DNA from: a virus
Lineage: Duplodnaviria; Heunggongvirae; Uroviricota; Caudoviricetes
Virus record (IMG/VR): IMGVR_UViG_2675903575_000014
Location: 1 to 28,377 of that record
Reading direction: 5' to 3' (one strand)
Length of the DNA: 28,377 nucleotides
The stretch's first letter is position 1. Every line of letters begins with the position of its first letter. The notes below the pieces were generated by a model that was not told the origin of the DNA, did not search any database, and worked only from the letters and a program-made list of their open reading frames with translations. Position numbers and translations under genes: made by a program. Below are positions 23,871 to 28,377 of the stretch, piece by piece.

Positions 23871-23892
23871 AAAGGCCGCTCTGCGGCCTTTT
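23871..23892 (+). terminator. Rho-independent terminator
   Basis: GGCCGC-TCT-GCGGCC followed by TTTTT; further hairpins follow at about 23920-23950 and 23962-23995. Confidence 0.55.
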
Positions 23893-24297
23893 TCATGTTA
23901 AAAAAGATTGCGGCATTACAGCAGCCCTTCACTCTAAGGGGCTGCTGTAATGTGAGAAATAAAAAACCGGTCCAGCTACACAGAACCGGCCGGCGAAGAC
24001 CGCCAATACCACCCATGCATTGATGCAACATACTAATGACAATAGCCGCTATTGATGTAAATGCAATGTTATGCATCGACGAAAATAAAAAACCGGCAGG
24101 GGAAATCCATTGAAGATTTGCCGGTGGCAAAAGAGGGCCATGCTTTTAACCTTAGTCGCAGAGTTACGGAGTGCAACAACGACCGTCGCCGTTATCTTGC
24201 TGAAAGGCGTTTCAATGATTTTCATCAATTTATTCATCAGCAATGGTGATAATCACTCTCATTTGTGCGGGTCCTTCCGGTGGGGTGGCCTGCCACG

Positions 24298-24309
24298 GGG
24301 CGGCGACCT
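24298..24309 (+). other. cosN cohesive-end sequence (lambda-type GGGCGGCGACCT) within the cos region (about 24250-24510)
   Basis: The 12-nt GGGCGGCGACCT followed by CGCGGGTTTTCGCTATTTA matches, from memory, the phage lambda left end; Nu1 starts about 200 bp downstream as in lambda. Confidence 0.75.
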
Positions 24310-24514
24310 CGCGGGTTTTCGCTATTTACGAGTTTTTTTGAGGTGATGGTTGTTGTTTTATCGTTTGATATATCTACTTGATAAGTAATAAGAAAGAAAA
24401 ATAAACACAACAACCTGATGATCTTTCTTATACGAAAAAGCATGTAAAATCAGAGGGTTTTACAAAAAACGTGGTTGTTGTATTGCTTTTTTGCCGGTGG
24501 TTTATGGAGGGGCT

Positions 24515-24992
24515 GTGGCCTTTTTATTGAATAAAAGCGACATGGCCTCCTCCATCGGTATCTCTGTACAGGCATTTGATAAATGGGGTGTTCCTCCTGT
24601 TGAGCGCCGGGGGAGAGAGGTTTTCTATGACGTTAAAACTGTACTGGAGATAGATCGCGAGCGACGTCAACAAAACCAGAAATCTTCAGGTGGTGAAAAT
24701 GATCTTGAGGAAAGGCTACTTCAGGCCAGGGTTAACCTGACGGAAGAACAGGCTATTGCTCAGCGGTTAAAAAACCAGGTTGCAGAGCATAAGGTGATTG
24801 ATACAGCTTTCTCTATTTTTGCCCTGTCCCGGTTATCCGGAGAACTGGCATCTGTTTTGGACAGTATTCCGCTTTCGATGCAAAGAAAATTCCCTGAATT
24901 GACAGGCAGACAATTGGCTTATCTAAAAGAGCTGGTTGCGAAGGGGGCTAATAAATGCGTTGAGTCTGCTGAAAAAATGAAGGAATTTGCGG

Positions 24993-25021
<29 letters not shown>
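24515..25021 (+). CDS. nu1: Terminase small subunit (Nu1-like)
   Basis: Aligns with lambda Nu1 (SIGISVQAFDKWGVPPVERRGREVFYDVKTV vs lambda FGASIRTIQNWQEQGMPVLRGGGKGNEVLYDSAAV; LSMQRKFPEL vs LSVQRRFPEL). GTG at 24515 has a GGAGGGG SD; TTG 24527 and ATG 24542 are alternatives. Confidence 0.85.

Positions 25022-28377
<3,356 letters not shown>

Overview
This window is a contiguous segment of a lambdoid enterobacterial prophage, read from the att-proximal integrase to the start of the head genes. The modules, in order, are: integrase/excisionase and a large exonuclease on the minus strand; an early-left operon of small genes interrupted by a plus-strand moron with its own promoter; an immunity region (LexA-like CI repressor, Cro-like, YdaT/CII-like) with CTAA-N6-TTAG operators; replication genes (O-like with in-gene iterons, P-like); an AT-rich accessory island (KTSC-domain protein, stand-alone OLD-family ATPase-Toprim nuclease, Hok-type toxin, Doc-type toxin with a candidate antitoxin); DUF968/YdfU-like, RusA and a Q-like antiterminator with pR'/tR'; late-region morons (membrane protein, orphan DNA methyltransferase); a lysis cassette (holin, second membrane protein, GH108 endolysin) with no recognisable spanins; then a lambda-type cos site and Nu1, A, W and 3'-truncated B genes that are near-identical to phage lambda. 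No tRNA, rRNA, CRISPR array or Shiga-toxin genes were found. The best candidates for a defence or previously undescribed system are the OLD-family nuclease island and the uncharacterised plus-strand coiled-coil/zinc-ribbon moron in the early-left operon. All calls rest on reading the translations and motifs by eye; no database search was run. Coordinates of non-coding features were hand-counted and may be off by a base or two.
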